Source: Mobula hypostoma (lineage: Eukaryota). Taken from it: a stretch of DNA of 64,000 nucleotides. The DNA is taken from positions 52,516,001-52,580,000 of the forward strand of contig NC_086097.1 in the NCBI RefSeq assembly GCF_963921235.1. Reading direction: 5' to 3'. Of the stretch, positions 13,401-28,400 are shown one piece after another (position 1 is the stretch's first letter; the number at the start of each line of letters is the position of its first letter). Below the pieces are notes generated by a model. The model worked only from the letters and a program-made list of their open reading frames with translations. It was not told where the DNA came from and did not search any database. The translations under genes were made by a program, and so were the position numbers.

Positions 13401-16400
13401 ATGGCTCCCCAAATCCTAAGAACTTTTTACAGGAGCACAATTGAGAGTATCCTGGCTGGCTGCATCACTGCCTGGTATGGGAACTGTACTTTTCTCAATT
13501 GCAAGATTCTGCAGAGAGTGGTGCGGACAGCCCAGCGCATCTGTAGATGTGAACTTCCCACTATCCAGAACATTTACAGAGGCAGGTGTGTAAAAAGGGC
13601 CCGAAGGATCATTGGGGACCCAAGTCACCCCAACGACAAACTGTTCCATCTGCTACCATCCAGGAAACGGTACTGCAACATAAAAGCCAGAACCAACAGT
13701 CTCTGGGACAGCTTCTTCCACCAGGCCACCAGACTGATTAATTCATTGTGTTACAATTGTATTTCTATGTTATATTGACTGACCTGTTGTACATATTATT
13801 TATTACAAATTACTATAAATTGAACATTGCTCATTTAGATGGAAATGTAATGTAAAGATTTTTACTACTCATGAATATGAAGGATGTAATTAATAAAGTC
13901 AATTCAATTCAATTCAATATATTATACCGTATGCCCACTCTCTTGCTTTCAAGTTGTCTTAGACTTCCTTTGTCAGCATGGTTTCCTTATAACAACACAG
14001 CCTCTGCAGATTTTCTCTTGTTTGTGAATAGTTTCCTCATCCACTCTTTAGAACACTTCTTTGGTATATATCTATCCTGCACTTTCTGAATTGCTCCCAG
14101 CAACTCCAGCCATACCTGTTCTTTGTCATCCCCGCTAGTGTCCACTTCAAATCAACTTTGGCCAGCTCCTCTCCCATGCCTCTGTTTACACAACTGTACT
14201 TACTCAACATAACACTGACACATCCAATTTTAGTCTCTCCTTCTCAAATTGCACCCCACACTTGGATCACTGCCTCCTAAGGGTTCCTTTATCTTAGATC
14301 CCTAAACAAATCTGGTGAAATACACAAGACCCAAATTCAGAATTGCCTTTTCCCTCATGGGCTCAATCACAAGCTGCTCTAAAAAGCCAATTTCTAGGCA
14401 TTCTACAAATTCCTTCTCTTAGGATCCAGCGCCAACCTGATTTTCCCAGTCTACTTGGAAGTTGAAATCACCAAGAGTATCAGAAAATTGCCTTCTTTTA
14501 TCTTCCATTATTATTTTTGCCCCACATTCTGACTACTGTTGGGAAGTTTGCATACAACTCCCAACAGGGTCTTTTTGCCATTGCAATTTCTTAACTCTAC
14601 CCACAACAATTCTACACATGATGATCCTATGTCACTTTTTTTCTAAGGATTTGATTTCATTTTTGTACCTACAGAGCCACACCAGCCCCCACATTCCCAG
14701 CCCACCCGACCTTTCAATACAACGTGTACCCTTGAATATTAAGCTCCCAACTGTGATCTTCTTTCAGCCACAACCTAGATGCTCACAATGTCATACAGTA
14801 CATGCTAATTTCTAACTGCACTACATGATCATCTACCTTATTCTGCATACTACATGCATTCAAATATAATATGTTCAGTCCTGTGTTCATCACCCTTTTC
14901 AATTTTGCCTCCATACTACCAGAAGTGAAATTCCTACCCCTTTCTAAACTTTGTCTTTTCATTTATTCTGGAGACTTCTTGTGTCCTCTCCTGCACTGTC
15001 CTTCCCTTTTAGTTTCTCTTCAATTTTCCAAAGGTCAAAGGTACTATTTCATTTAAAGAAACACTTCATCACATCCCACTGTCTGTTATTTTGCTCATTA
15101 ATTGCCTATCACTGTCTCACTACACACTGCATCTACTTGTATACCAACTGCCCCATCCTCTACTGTCACTCTGGTTTCCATCCTTCTGCCAAATTAGTTT
15201 AAACCCTGCCCTAGAGCTCTAGCAAACCTGTCCACAAGGATATTGGTTCCCCTCAAACGTGTTCAGGTTCAACCCGCCCTATTTTGTACAGGTACGTTCC
15301 TTCTCCAGAAAAGATCCCAATGACCCAGAAATCTGAAGCACTTCTTCAGCCACACATTCAAATCATCCTGTTCTTACCCTCACTGGCACGAAGCTTAGGC
15401 AGCAATCCAGAGGTTACTACCCTTGAGATCCCACTCTTCAGCTTTCACCTCGCTCCCTATATTCTCTTCAAGACCTCATCCTTTTCCTACCTAGAGCATC
15501 TCATTGGTAGCAATATGATGGGGGTACTTTTAACCTATTGTAAGGTCAGTCTAAGCCTCCATTCCATATAGCCCTCTATTCTCTTTCATCCACGTGTCTT
15601 TCTAAGTCTGATACACCCAGAGTTTGGGTAAATCCATGGAGAGGGAAAGGAGCACCAAGTTTCTGGGAGTATACGTAACAGATGATCTCACCATCAACAC
15701 TACTTCTTTGGTCTACAAAGAACAGCAGCATCTCCACTTCCTGAGGAGATTAAAACAAGTGAGGCTCGTCACCACCACCCCGCGTACCCACCCCCCTCCC
15801 ATCTGACCACAGGTCCCTACAAACGATTGCAATAACTGCTGAGAGATCATAGGGGTCTCTCTTCCATCTATCTGAGAGTGTGTGCAGGGCCCTTAGCATT
15901 GGCAATGATCCCTCCCATCCGTTCAATAATTCTTTGACCCCCTCACAATCAGGCTGAAGGTACCATAGAATAGGGACAAAGAGCTTTTAACTGTTAGGAT
16001 GGGAAACAGCATCCTCCCTAGGCCGTAGGATTACTGAACTCCCTGCTACCATATGTTTCAACACGCTTGAAATCCCAGTAGTATTATACTGTTTACTTTT
16101 TAAACTTGTGTCACAAATGCACCATATTATTTGTTACTGTACCAGTGGTAATATTACTTTGTGTTATATGAGAGAGTTATATGTATTGTGTTGTACAGCC
16201 TAGTCCGGAGGAACATTGTTTTCTTTGAATGACAATCAATTTGAACTTTAACTTGAAATCCAGCTGGCTTAGTAATAACAGTTCCATGAACCCAAGTTAC
16301 ACATGGTATCCACTCTGCTCAGAAAATGTCTGATTTTCATCTGTATGCTCCAACAGATCCTTGGCTGGCCTCTGGCAGGTCACACACAGTCATCTGAAAT

Positions 16401-19400
16401 GAGCAAATGGCATACAGGCTGCATATTGAGGTAACATTTGCAGCCACAGATACATCTGGTTGGGAGATGATCTCGGCCTGCTGCAAAAGTTGGCAGGGCT
16501 CTCCTTTAGCCTCTTAAAGAAAACTCTATAAAGCCTATCAATATTTTTAAGGAGCTGTAAATTCTGCAAAGAACCATTAACTTGGACAGTCATGTTTTCT
16601 CAGATCTTTTCTTTCACAACGTATTGCTCCTCTTACCCCAAAAAGGCTTTTAAACAAGGGAATATCCATTAAGCCTCCCATTATGTTGAAATAGAATCTT
16701 ATTCTTGGCAAGGATAAAGCTATTCCAGTAGTCTCAGAGGACCAGAGGCCCACAGCAAGGTCAATACTGCAAGGAGTACTACGAAATAAAACTTGCTCTA
16801 TTCATCATTTGAAATTTCAAGGTTACATGCCACAAATTTTTGCAGATGTTGGAAACAAAAGCATGTCATTTCTTTCATTGACCCATGCATGACACTCATT
16901 AGGATCCATTAAATAAGCATCTATAGCACAAAGCAGCCACAGACAAAAAAGAACATAATCTTGGACATGGAAAAACTTAATTGAAACACGATCCACCCCA
17001 ATTTATAAGACTTAGAGTAGAAATGTTATGTCGCCGTCAAAAAAATCCAAATTGCAATGTGCAATAAGCATTGCAATGTTACTGTAACACAACTTGAGGT
17101 ACCAACACACATAAAAGTTGCTGGTGAACGCAGCAGGCCAGGCAGCATCTCTAGGAAGAGGTGCAGTCGACGTTTCAGGCCGTGACCCTTCGTCAGGACT
17201 AACTGAAGGAAGAGTGAGTAAGGGATTTGAAAGTTGGAGGGGGAGGGGGAGATCCAAAATGATAGGAGAAGACAGGAGGGGGAGGGATGGAGCCAAGGGC
17301 TGGACAGGTGATTGGCAAAAGGGGATACGAGAGGATCATGGGACAGGAGGTCCGGGAAGAAAGACAAAGGGGGGGGGAACCCAGAGGATGGGCAAGGGGT
17401 ATATTCAGAGGGACAGAGGGAGAAAAAGGAGAGTGAGAGAAAGAATGTGTGTATATAAATAAGTAACAGATGCGGTATGAGGGGGAGGTGGGGCATTAGC
17501 GGAAGTTAGAGAAGTCGATGTTCATGCCATCAGGTTGGAGGCTACCCAGACGGAATATAAGGTGTTGTTCCTCCAACCTGAGTGTGGCTTCATCTTTACA
17601 GTAGAGGAGGCCGTGGATAGACATGTCAGAATGGGAATGGGATGTGGAATTAAAATGTGTGGCCACTGGGAGATTGAGGTACCAATCTTGTTTCCTATTC
17701 TTTCTTGGTAGGAGTTAATTTCACAACTAACTTAATTGACATCTGTGGGACCAAATTATTTCAGTGTGCGCCTACACATCACAAGGAACTATTTTATTCG
17801 ATATGGCATTCAAGGACCTAAAATGCAAATGTGCCTTTTTCAACGTTTGTCCAAGAATGGTCAGTTAGAATGAAATAAAACTAAAAGATGCTCAGAAAGG
17901 GTCACAGTACTGTAGAACACCAATATCATATTTATTTCACATATAGCAAAAATCTGAAGGAACTCAACAGGTCAGGTAGCATCAATGGAGGGAAATAGAC
18001 AAAGGATCTCAACTCAAAACACTGATTTTCCATCTCCAACTACAGACGCCACCTTATCTACTGAGCTCCTCCAGATTCCAGCAGTTGTAATTTCTTGCAT
18101 CTCCATCACTTCATGTACCTGTGCAAACTTTGCCATCTCCTTCATAGCCTGGTGCACATGTACAGATGTGATCATGGTCATTCACTGGGTAACACTGTGC
18201 TTTTGGATCACAGCCATGGGTTCCATCCTGACACGGATTAACTCGTACAAGCCTGGAGTTATCTGTGCAGAATATTTGAAAAAGGTAATAAAAAAAATGA
18301 ATATCATGATAAAATATATACAATTCTAAGAGACTAGCTAAATCATATTTAAAAGACATGAAAGCCCCTTCATTGGAGTCAAAACCAAGAAATGCTGGAA
18401 ACACTAATGGTCAAACAACATCTATGGAAAGACAAGCAAGAGAAAACCTGCAGATGCTGGAAATCAAAGTAATACTGTACACACAAAATGCTGGAGGAGC
18501 TCAGCAGAACAGGCAGCATCTATGGAAAAGAGTAAACAATCCTGATGAAGGGTCTCGGCCCAAAATAGTGACTGTTTACTCTTTTCCATAGATGCGCCGT
18601 GGCCTGCAGAGTTCCTCTAGCATTTTGTGTGTGTTGCTATCCAAAGGAAGAGAAACTTAACATTTCAGTGTCACTGGGACACGATGAAAACTGAAATGCG
18701 AAAGTAGCCCACGTAGAAGATGAGACAGGGCAATGGAGGGTACAAAGGTGAATTAATGTGGCAGTAAGAAGCAGTTAAAAGTTTCTGTGTTAATATTTAT
18801 AATCTGTACAATGAGATATGCCCAGCAGGCCAGACTAAACAAATGAAAGAAAGAGAAAAGGACAGAAGCGAAAAGAGACCAATTCTGAAACAAATAGAGG
18901 GTGTGAGGTTACCGAAAGTTGGGCGATTTAGTCAAGTCCTGCGGGCTGCCATGCACCACAAGACAAAATCAATGATGTTTCTAAAGCAAGTATTGGGCCA
19001 TGTTTTAAAAGAGTAGGAGGCCACACTCAGGTCGGCAACTGGATAAGGAATTAAAGTAGTTGGCGACAAACAGCTAGTGCTGACTCCTGAAGAGTGAGAG
19101 CCAGTGCCCCACAGAGTGATTGCCCAACCAGTGTTTGGCTAATCCAGAGAGGAGGAGACCACAGAATATGGTACATTAGACTGGGGGAAATGCATGTCAC
19201 CTGGAAAGACCACTTGGATTCCTAGCTGGTGGGGAGGGCTAAAAGCACGTGAGTTGCTCTTCTGCAGTGGCACGGCAAAGTGTCACATGAAGGGAAGCAA
19301 TGGATAGGGATGAAAGAGCAGACGAGGCAATTGTAAAGCAAACAATCATTTCAAAATGCCGATAGTGGAGTGCAGTGTGTGTGTATTTGGTGGTGGTTGA

Positions 19401-22400
19401 CCATTAGTTTACACAACAGGGAATTCAATACATAGCTGATTAAGTAAAACACTGACAGATGGAACAACTTGTTCTGGCACAAAAAAGGGTAGAATTAGTG
19501 CCAAGATAATTGGCCATGAGCATTTCTATCCAACAAAAGGAGGCTTTTTTTTTTAAGTTGTCAACTGGGATAGCACAGAGATACAACTGAAAGAGCAGCA
19601 GCTGCATAGTTCCAGTTGCCCAACCCCTGTTGCCATCTGTATGAGGTTTCCAACTTCTCTGACTGCATAGGCTTCATCTGGGTGCTCTTACTTCTTCCCA
19701 TTTCCCCAAAAATGTACCAGTTAATGGTGGGGTTGGTCACTGAATTGTCCCTACTGTGTAAGTGAGTGGTAGAATTTAGAGGGGAGAGGAAGAGGGGAAA
19801 CAAAATGGGATTAGTGCAGCTATAAACATAAATAATTGCTTAATGATTGGTACAAATCGATTCTCTCACCAATGTCCTTAGACCTCAACTTCAACAAGTT
19901 AACTGGTAACTGATGAAGCTTGACTGGTTATCCATGCTGAGTTATTTGTTAGAGGATAAGATTTTAATCACAAATCCATGTACTGTTAAATATATCTATC
20001 TCTACCTCTGCAATATTTGCCAAACTCACATCTATATATTTTTTGGTATTATTGGACTACTTCTACCTTTCACTGTCCATACAATTTGAACCCACCAAAA
20101 TCTTGTCACTGATAATCTAATGCACACCAACTGACAAGATAAACAAATCAACAAGTCTTTCAGTCCCTTGTGTACTCTATTATTCCAAAAAAAATCATGG
20201 CTGATCATTGTCCTGCTCTGACCCTATATGCTTTGATTTCCTGAATACCCAAATCTATAGATCCTTTAATATGCTCACTGAATCAACTCCAAGTAGAGTT
20301 CCAAAACTTCACTATCTTCAGGGAGAAAACAATCTCTTCTGCTCTGGAGAGGCCAACCATAGCTAGTGTAATTACTTTATGGAATGCCTCCTCCGTTAAT
20401 TCTGAACACAAATTTGAGGAAGGATAGAGTTGGGAGTTTAACATTCAAGGATGCATGCTGTATCAAAAGGACAGGTAGGCAGATAGGCAGAGGGGGTAGC
20501 GTGGCTCTGTTGGTAAAATATGAAATCAAAACCTTAGACAGAGGTGACATAGGATCAGAAGATATAGAATCCTTGTGGGCAAAGTTAAGAAACTGCAAGG
20601 ATAAAAAGACCCTGCTGGGAGGCCTCCTATCCATAGCCAGGATGTGGAGTACAAATTGCAGGAGGTAGAAGAGGCATGTCAAAAGTGCAACGTTGCAATA
20701 GTCATGGGGGATTTCAATACGCGATAGATTGGGAAAATCAGATTGGTACTGGATCCCAACAGGGGGAGTTTGTAGGATGCCTGCAAGATGACCTTTTAGA
20801 GCAGCTCCTGGTTGAGCCTACTAGGGGAACAGCTATTTTGGACTGGGTATTGTGTAATGAAACAGATTTGATTAGGGAGCTTAAGGTAAGGAACCCTTGG
20901 GAAGTGTTGATCACAATATGATAGAATTCACCCTGCAATCTGAGGGGGAAAGGCTGATGTCAATATATCAGTATTACAGTGGAATAAAAGGAATCATGTC
21001 ACATGCAGTGATAATAAACCTGATTCTAAGTTAACAGATTTCACGTCACATGCTGATGATAATAAACCTGATTCTGAATTACAGAGGGGAGCTGGCCAAA
21101 GCTGATTTGAAGGGGACACTAGCAGGGATGATGACAGAGCAGCAATGGCTGGAGTTTCTGGGAGGAATTTGGAAGTCACTGGATAAATACCTCCCAAAAG
21201 AAAGGAAGTATTCTAAAGGTAGGATGACAACAAGGGAAGCTAAAGATAACATAACAGCCAAAGAGAAGGCATATAATAGAGCAAAACTTTGTGGGAAGTT
21301 TGAGGTTTGGGAAGATTTTAAAAACCAACAGAAGGTAAGTAAAAAGGCATAAAGAGAAAAAAAGATTAAATATGAAGGTAAGCTGGTCAATAACATCAAT
21401 GAGGATACGAGATACGAAAACTTTTTCCAGATATACTGTATAAAGAATAAAAGTGAGACAAGAGTAGATATTCAACTGCCGGAAAATGATGCTGGAGAGT
21501 TAGTAATGGGGGTCAAAGAAATGGCAGGCAAGTTTATGTCTATTGCATCAGTCTTCACTGTGGAGGACACTAGCAGAATGCCTGAAATTCAGGAGTGTCA
21601 GGGGACAGAGGTTGCCATTATTAGGGAGAAGATGCTTTGGAAGCTGAAAAGTTAAAAGGTAGATAAGTCAGGTGGACCAGGTGGACTACACTCCAGGTTT
21701 CTGAAAGAGGTAGCTGAAGATATTGTGGAGGCGTTAGTAATGATCTTGATTCTGGAATGGTTCCTGGGGACTAGAAATTTGCAAATGCCATTCCACTCTT
21801 TAAGAAGTGAAGCAGAAGAAAGGAAATTAAAGGTCAATTAGCCTGACCTCTGTTATAATTCTCTGAGGAAATAACAGACTGGATAGAAGACGGAGGGGAG
21901 TTTACCTGAATTTTCAGAAGGCCTTTCACAAGTGTTACACATGAGGCTGCTAAACAGGATAAGAGTCTGTGATATTACAGGAAAGATACTAGCATGGATA
22001 GAAGATTGGCTGACTGGCAGGAGGCAATGAGTGGGAATAAAGGGAGCCTTTTCTGGTTGGCTGCTGTTAACTAGTGGTGTTCCACAGGGGTCAGTGTTGG
22101 GACTGCTTCTTTTCACATTTTATGTCAATGATTTGGATGATGGAATTGGTGGCTTTGAGGCCAAGTTTGCAGACAATAAAAATATAGGTAGAGGGGAAGA
22201 CAGTATTGAGAAAACAGGGAGTCTGCAGAAGGACAAAGAGATTTGGAGAAGGGTCAAGAAATGGCAATGAGATATAGTATAAGGCAGTGTGTGGTCATGC
22301 ACTTTGGTTAAAGGAATAAAGGTAGTGACTATTTTCTAAACAGGGAGAAAATTCAAAAAAATCAGGGGTGCAAAGGGATTTGGGAGTCCTCATGCAGGAT

Positions 22401-25400
22401 TCCCTAAAGGTTAACTTGCCGGTTGAGTTGGTGGTAAGGAAGGCAAATGCAATGTTAGCATTCAATTTAAGAGGACTAGAGTATAAAAGCAAGGATGTAA
22501 TGCTAAGGGTTTATAAAGCATTGGTCAGACCACACTGGAATATAATGTGCAGTTTTGGGCCCCTTATCTAAGAAAAGTGCTGGCATTGGAAAGGGTCCAG
22601 AGGAGGTGCATGAAAATGATTCCAGGAATGAAAGTGTTAATGGATGAGGAGCTCTAGGCCTGTATTCACTGGTCTTGAGAAGAATGAGGGAGATTTCATT
22701 GGAACCTATCTAATATTGAAAGGCCGAGAAAGAGTGGATGTGGAGAGGATGTTTCCTATTGTGGGGGAGTCTAAGACCAGAGGGCAGAGCCTTAGAATAG
22801 AGGGGCATCCATTTAGCACAGAGATGAGAAAAGTTTTCTTTAGCCAGAGGGTGGTGAATCTGTGGAATTGATTGCCACAGATGGCTGTGGAGGCCAAGCC
22901 ACTGGGTATATTTAAAGCGGTGGTTGATAGGTTCTTGATTTGTCATGGCATCAAAAGTAATGGGGAGAAGGCAGGAGGATGGGGTTGAAAGGGATAATAA
23001 ATCAGCATGGTGGAATAGCAGAGCAGATTCGATGGGCCAAATGACCCAGTTCTGCTCCTATGTCTTATGGTCTTAAATTTTGATATGCCTACACCTTAAC
23101 TTTGAGACAGCTTGTGTATAGGGACACTTTGGTTCCTTTGAAAATCAGCTCTTTTCAAATTCTCACTTTTCAAATGAGGAACTTCTAAAAAAATTTTTTC
23201 CACCACATGACCTCATTTTTAATCCTTTGTTCTATCTGCCATACATTGTGCATTCAATTTACGGATCCATATCTCCCCAAAGCCTCTCAGAGTCTACAAT
23301 TCTATCTAGCTTCATATCAGAAAAATGGATATTACGTATCTCTGCACCAAATCATTGAGAAAAGATTGCAAATGACTAGGGCTCTGACGCCATTCTTCTA
23401 GCACACCATTCATAACAGTTTCATTGCCCGAAAAAGGACACATGCAGTTCTACCTTGTTTGTTCAGAAATCCTAAACTCATACCATTATATTATACTCAA
23501 TACCATCTATATTTTTGGTTTAGAGATACCACACCGTAACAGGCCCTTCCGGGCCAATGACCCCATGCTGCCCAATGACACCCACATAACCAATTGACCT
23601 ACTAGCCCATAATCCATTGCAATATGGGAGGAAAGCAGAGCACCTGGAGGAAACCCACACAGTCATGGGGAGAATGTACAAACTCATTACAGACACCGGC
23701 GGGAATAGATCCCGGGTCACTAACACTGTAATGGTGTTACACTAACTACTACGCTACCATGCTGCCCTGTACTTCAATTGCATTTGAAAATCTTTTGTGC
23801 CACTTCATTGCCATTTAGCTAGCTTCAGCTCCAACTACAACTTCAAAAACTGTCCATTTTCCTTTCAAAAAAGTGCCCTCTCCTCTTACCACTTTCTTCA
23901 AAATGGATTCCAATATTTTTCCTGCTTTTGATGTCAGACTACCTGGTCTACGCTTCTCACATTTTCTTCCACCCTTCTTAATTAGTGGGAGCACCTTCTC
24001 ATCTATTCTGAAATGTATGGAATGTTAGATTAAAATCTTGGATGCACTTTCTCCATAGACACATTTTTCTAAAATCCTGAGGGCAAAGGTTATTGATTCC
24101 CCAGGGAATTAACTTGGAGTCTTCCACCATCTGAGAGTTTTCCTTCATAAAATGTCAAACAACATCTGTTTACCATTTTCTTATCACCAATGCAATTTCT
24201 TCCCCTTTATGCCAAAAGAGAGTAATATTAAAAGCTATTGACCCTTCTACAACCTATCTCCCTGTAATCTGTAATTTGTTCTCACATTCTACTTTTCTTA
24301 AGGAAGCCTTGGTTCTGCTCTGCTGAATTCAGAAGTTTTCCATTCTTCAAGCTGATTAGTTATTTTGGCCAACATATATCTTCTGATCTAATACATTACT
24401 GAAGTTTTATTGATAGCTACAGTTGTGCCCCTTGGTTTTTACCTAAAAAGGATATTTATAAATCTAGTTTCCTCACAGCCTTGCAGTTTGCATTTTCAAA
24501 TTTACAACCCTGGTTTCAGATTGAAAGCTCACTCAGTTCTGCCTTTTACGTCTCTTCCTTGCTAGCTGACCCAGATTTAAAACTCACATTTTCAATTTCT
24601 ACGTTGTGAAATTCTACAGAATTAACTCCTCAACCACCTCCAAGTCTACTTATTTTCAATTTTTTTGAGCAAACACCACCTACCAACAAAAAAAATATTG
24701 TTTCAATTTTTGTTCAGCAAGTCCCATAAATATCTTGTACATATCATTTTAAAAGTACTAGATAAATATTGGGCATTTCTATTAAGATGCCTGATTAGCT
24801 CATTACCACTATGCTTTTTCATAAGTGGATTGATACAGATTTCAAATTTAAACAAGTATTTGTACAATAAACAGCCATCAGAAAAAAATAATAATCCGGG
24901 TGTGTTATAGGAGAAGAATATTCAAGACAGAGGTAAAAATGGCCATACATAGAAGTCATGATAATAAGCAACTATAATACTCATTTAAATCCTATGACCA
25001 TTAAAAAACAATTTGAATTTAGAAGGAAATGTTCATTTGTAGGGTGCATTATATTTAGTGATAACAATTAACACACTTAAATTAGGCAAGATCTGGATTT
25101 TTGGATTATGTTCTGTTTGGGCCTGATCATCAAGACCAGGTGAAAGTGGTTAGGAGGTAGGCACCCACTAGATGTCTTCTAGAAGTTTTATTCTTTAGCA
25201 TCTTCCATACTCCATTCCTGTTTGAGATAGCACAGTTCCTATTGAAACTGATAGGTTCAGGGAAAGTTTGATTAAATAGTATAAATAAGATTGAGCAATG
25301 CTCCCCCCTTGTTCAATCCCTTCCCACTTATGTTCGTGACACTTCTCACGCTCTGAATTTTTTCAATGATTTTAAGTTCCCTGGCCCCCACGGCCTTATT

Positions 25401-28400
25401 TTCACCATGGATGTCCAGTCCCTATATACCTCCATCCCCCACCAGGAAGGTCTCAAATCTCCACTTCTTTTTGGATTCCAGATCTAACCAGTTCCCCTCT
25501 ACCACCACTACTCTCCTCCGTCAAGCGGAATTAGTCCTTACTCTTAATAATTTCTCCTTTGGCTCCTCCCACTTCCTCCAAACTAAAGGTGTAGCCATGG
25601 GCACCCGTATGGGTCCCAGCTATGCCTGCCTTTTTGTTGGCTTTGTGGAACAGTCCATGTTCCAAGCCTATACTGGTATCTGTCCCCCACTTTTCCTTCG
25701 CTACATTGACGACTGAATTGGCGCTGCTTCCTGCACGCATGCTGAGCTCATTGACTTCACTAACTTTGCCTCCAACTTTCACCCTGCCCTCAAATTTACC
25801 TGGTCCACTTCCGAAACTTCCCTTCCCTTTCTTGATCTTTCTGTCTCTATCTCTGGAGACAGCTTATCTACTGATGTCTACTATAAGCCTAAGGACTCTC
25901 ACAGCTACCTGGACTATTCCTCTTCCCACCCTGTCTCTTGCAAAAATGCCATCCCTTCTCACAATTCCTCCGTCTCCGCCGCATCTGCTCTCAGGATGAG
26001 GCTTTTCATTCCAGGACTAAGGAGATGTCATCCTTTTTAAAAGAAAGGGGCTTCCCTTCCTCCACCATCAACTCCGCTCTCAAATGCATCTCTCTCATTT
26101 CACGCACATCTGCTCTCACTCCATCCTCCCACCACCCCACTGGGTATAGAGTTCCCCTTGTCCTCAGCTACCACCCCACCAACCTCCGGGTCCAACATAT
26201 AATTCTCTGTAACTTCCGCCACTTTCAATGGGATCCCACCACCAAGTACATCTTTCCCTCCCCCTCTCTTTCTGCTTTCTGCAGGGATCACTCCCTAAGC
26301 GACTCCCTTGTCCATTCGTCCCCCCCATCCCTTCCCCCCGATCTCCCTCCCGGCACTTCCTTGTAAGCAGAACAAGTGCTACACATGCCCTTACACTTCC
26401 TCCCTCACCACCATTCAGGGCCCCAGACAGTCCTTCCAGGTGAGGCAACACTTCACCTGTGAGTCGGCTAGTGTGATATACTGTGTCCAATGCTCCCGAT
26501 GCAGCCTTCTATATATTGGTGAGACCCAACGCAGACCGTTTCGTTGAACACCTATGCTCTGTTCGCCAGAGAAAGCAGGATCTCCCAGTGGCTACACATT
26601 TTAATTCCACGTCCTATTCCCATTCTGATATGTCAATCCACAGCCTCCTCTACTGTCAAGATGAAGCCACACTCAGGTTTGAGGAACAACACCTTATATT
26701 CCAGCTGGGTAGGCTCCAACCTGATGGCATGAACATTGATTTCTCTAACTTCTGTTAATACCCCTCCTCCCCTTCTTACCCCATCCCTTATTTATTTTTA
26801 TTTCCCCACCTTTTTTTCTCTCTCTTTCCCTCTCACAATCACTCTTTGCCTGCTCTCCATCTTCCTCTGGTGCTCCCCTCCCCCTTTCTTTCTCCCTAGG
26901 CCTCCTGTCCCATGATCCTTCTCCAACTCTGTATCCCTTTTGCCAATCACCTGTCCAGCTCTTGGCTCCATCCCTCCCCCTCCTGTCTTCTCCTCTCATT
27001 TTGGATCTCCCCCTCCCCCTTTCAAATCTCTTACTATCTCTTCTTTCAGTTAGTCCTGACGAAGGGTCTCGGCCCGAAACGTCGACTGTACCTCTTCCTA
27101 GAGATGCTGCCTGGCCTGCTGTGTTCACCAGCATTTTGTGTGTGTTGCTTGAATTTCCAGCATCTGTAGATTTTCTCATGTTTGCATGTTGGAACAACTC
27201 AGTGGGTCAGATATCATCTGTGGTGGGAAATGGACAGTAAATGTTTTGGGCCAGGACCCTTCAGTAAGACTGGGGATATGGTGTGTATCCTCAAGAAGGG
27301 TCTCGGCCTGAAAAGTCAACTGTTTACTCTTTTCCATAGACGCTGCCTGACCTGCTGAATCCCTTCAGCATTGTGTGTGTGTTGCATATATAGTATAATG
27401 TTGGCATTTGCAATGGCTTTTGATCGGTAATATCACCGATCTCAGCTGAAAAAGAAAATCATTCATTGTGATGCACTTGCCTATTAGAAAGAAATCTTAA
27501 TTGGTAGAATTTGCAGCAGCAAAAGGCATAGCAGTTATAAATAACTATTAATAAACTGTTTCAATTACGAATAAACCAAGTTTGTATCAATATTCAAAGT
27601 TTGCTTCCATTCTCAATTCAACACTACAAAAGAAAATGTGAATTTTACGCTATCAAGCTTGTGATCTGCTTCACCCAGCAGACACATCTCATGCATTTAA
27701 TTTGAACTGTTGATTTTCAGCCTGGGGCCATCTCACTTGCTTGTTCAGAGTGAAAAGAGCTTTGTTAAAATTTGACATATTGAGTCACTTTCTCACCCCT
27801 TCCAGAGACCTTGGTGTAAGGTCATTATTCAAATTCTCTCCTTGCCCACTGCCTTTATTGAATGTCTGTTTATTGTTTTTACACATGAACAAGTACTTCC
27901 TTTGCATGCTGAAACAATCAGAAGCTATGGGTCAGACAGCTTGCAATTACTCTTTAGTTTCTGTTACTGCTATGAAAGAAAATGTACATTGGATGATCAA
28001 GTAATCAAAGCTTCTGCCTCAACAAGTGCAAACAAGTGTTGTTTAAGATTCATTTTAACCTTCTGACTTCTTAAAGTGAAGAAAAATGGACTGGAATTAT
28101 TAAAGAATAGCCATTCTGAATCCATGTGAATTGCAATGCATTATTCTTTCTGAGAGACAATAAGAGAACAACACAAAAACAGATTCCAGCCTGCATATCA
28201 CCTACCTCTGACGGGTCCAATCTGGCTGATCATTCCATATCTGACCACCTGCTCACTCTGATTATATAGAACCAATATACGCTCTGCATTAAGTTGCTGG
28301 GCTGCTGGAATGGTTTTTGGTGCATGCTCACAGTCATAATAGGTAATGTTCTGCTTCAATTGGTAACGGAGTCTCTGTGTCTCACCATTCGTAGATTCAA

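Noticed and set aside
16300..16400. Acceptor-like atttcag followed by Cys-containing codons in intron 9
   Set aside because: Stops occur quickly and exons 9 and 10 already join in frame.
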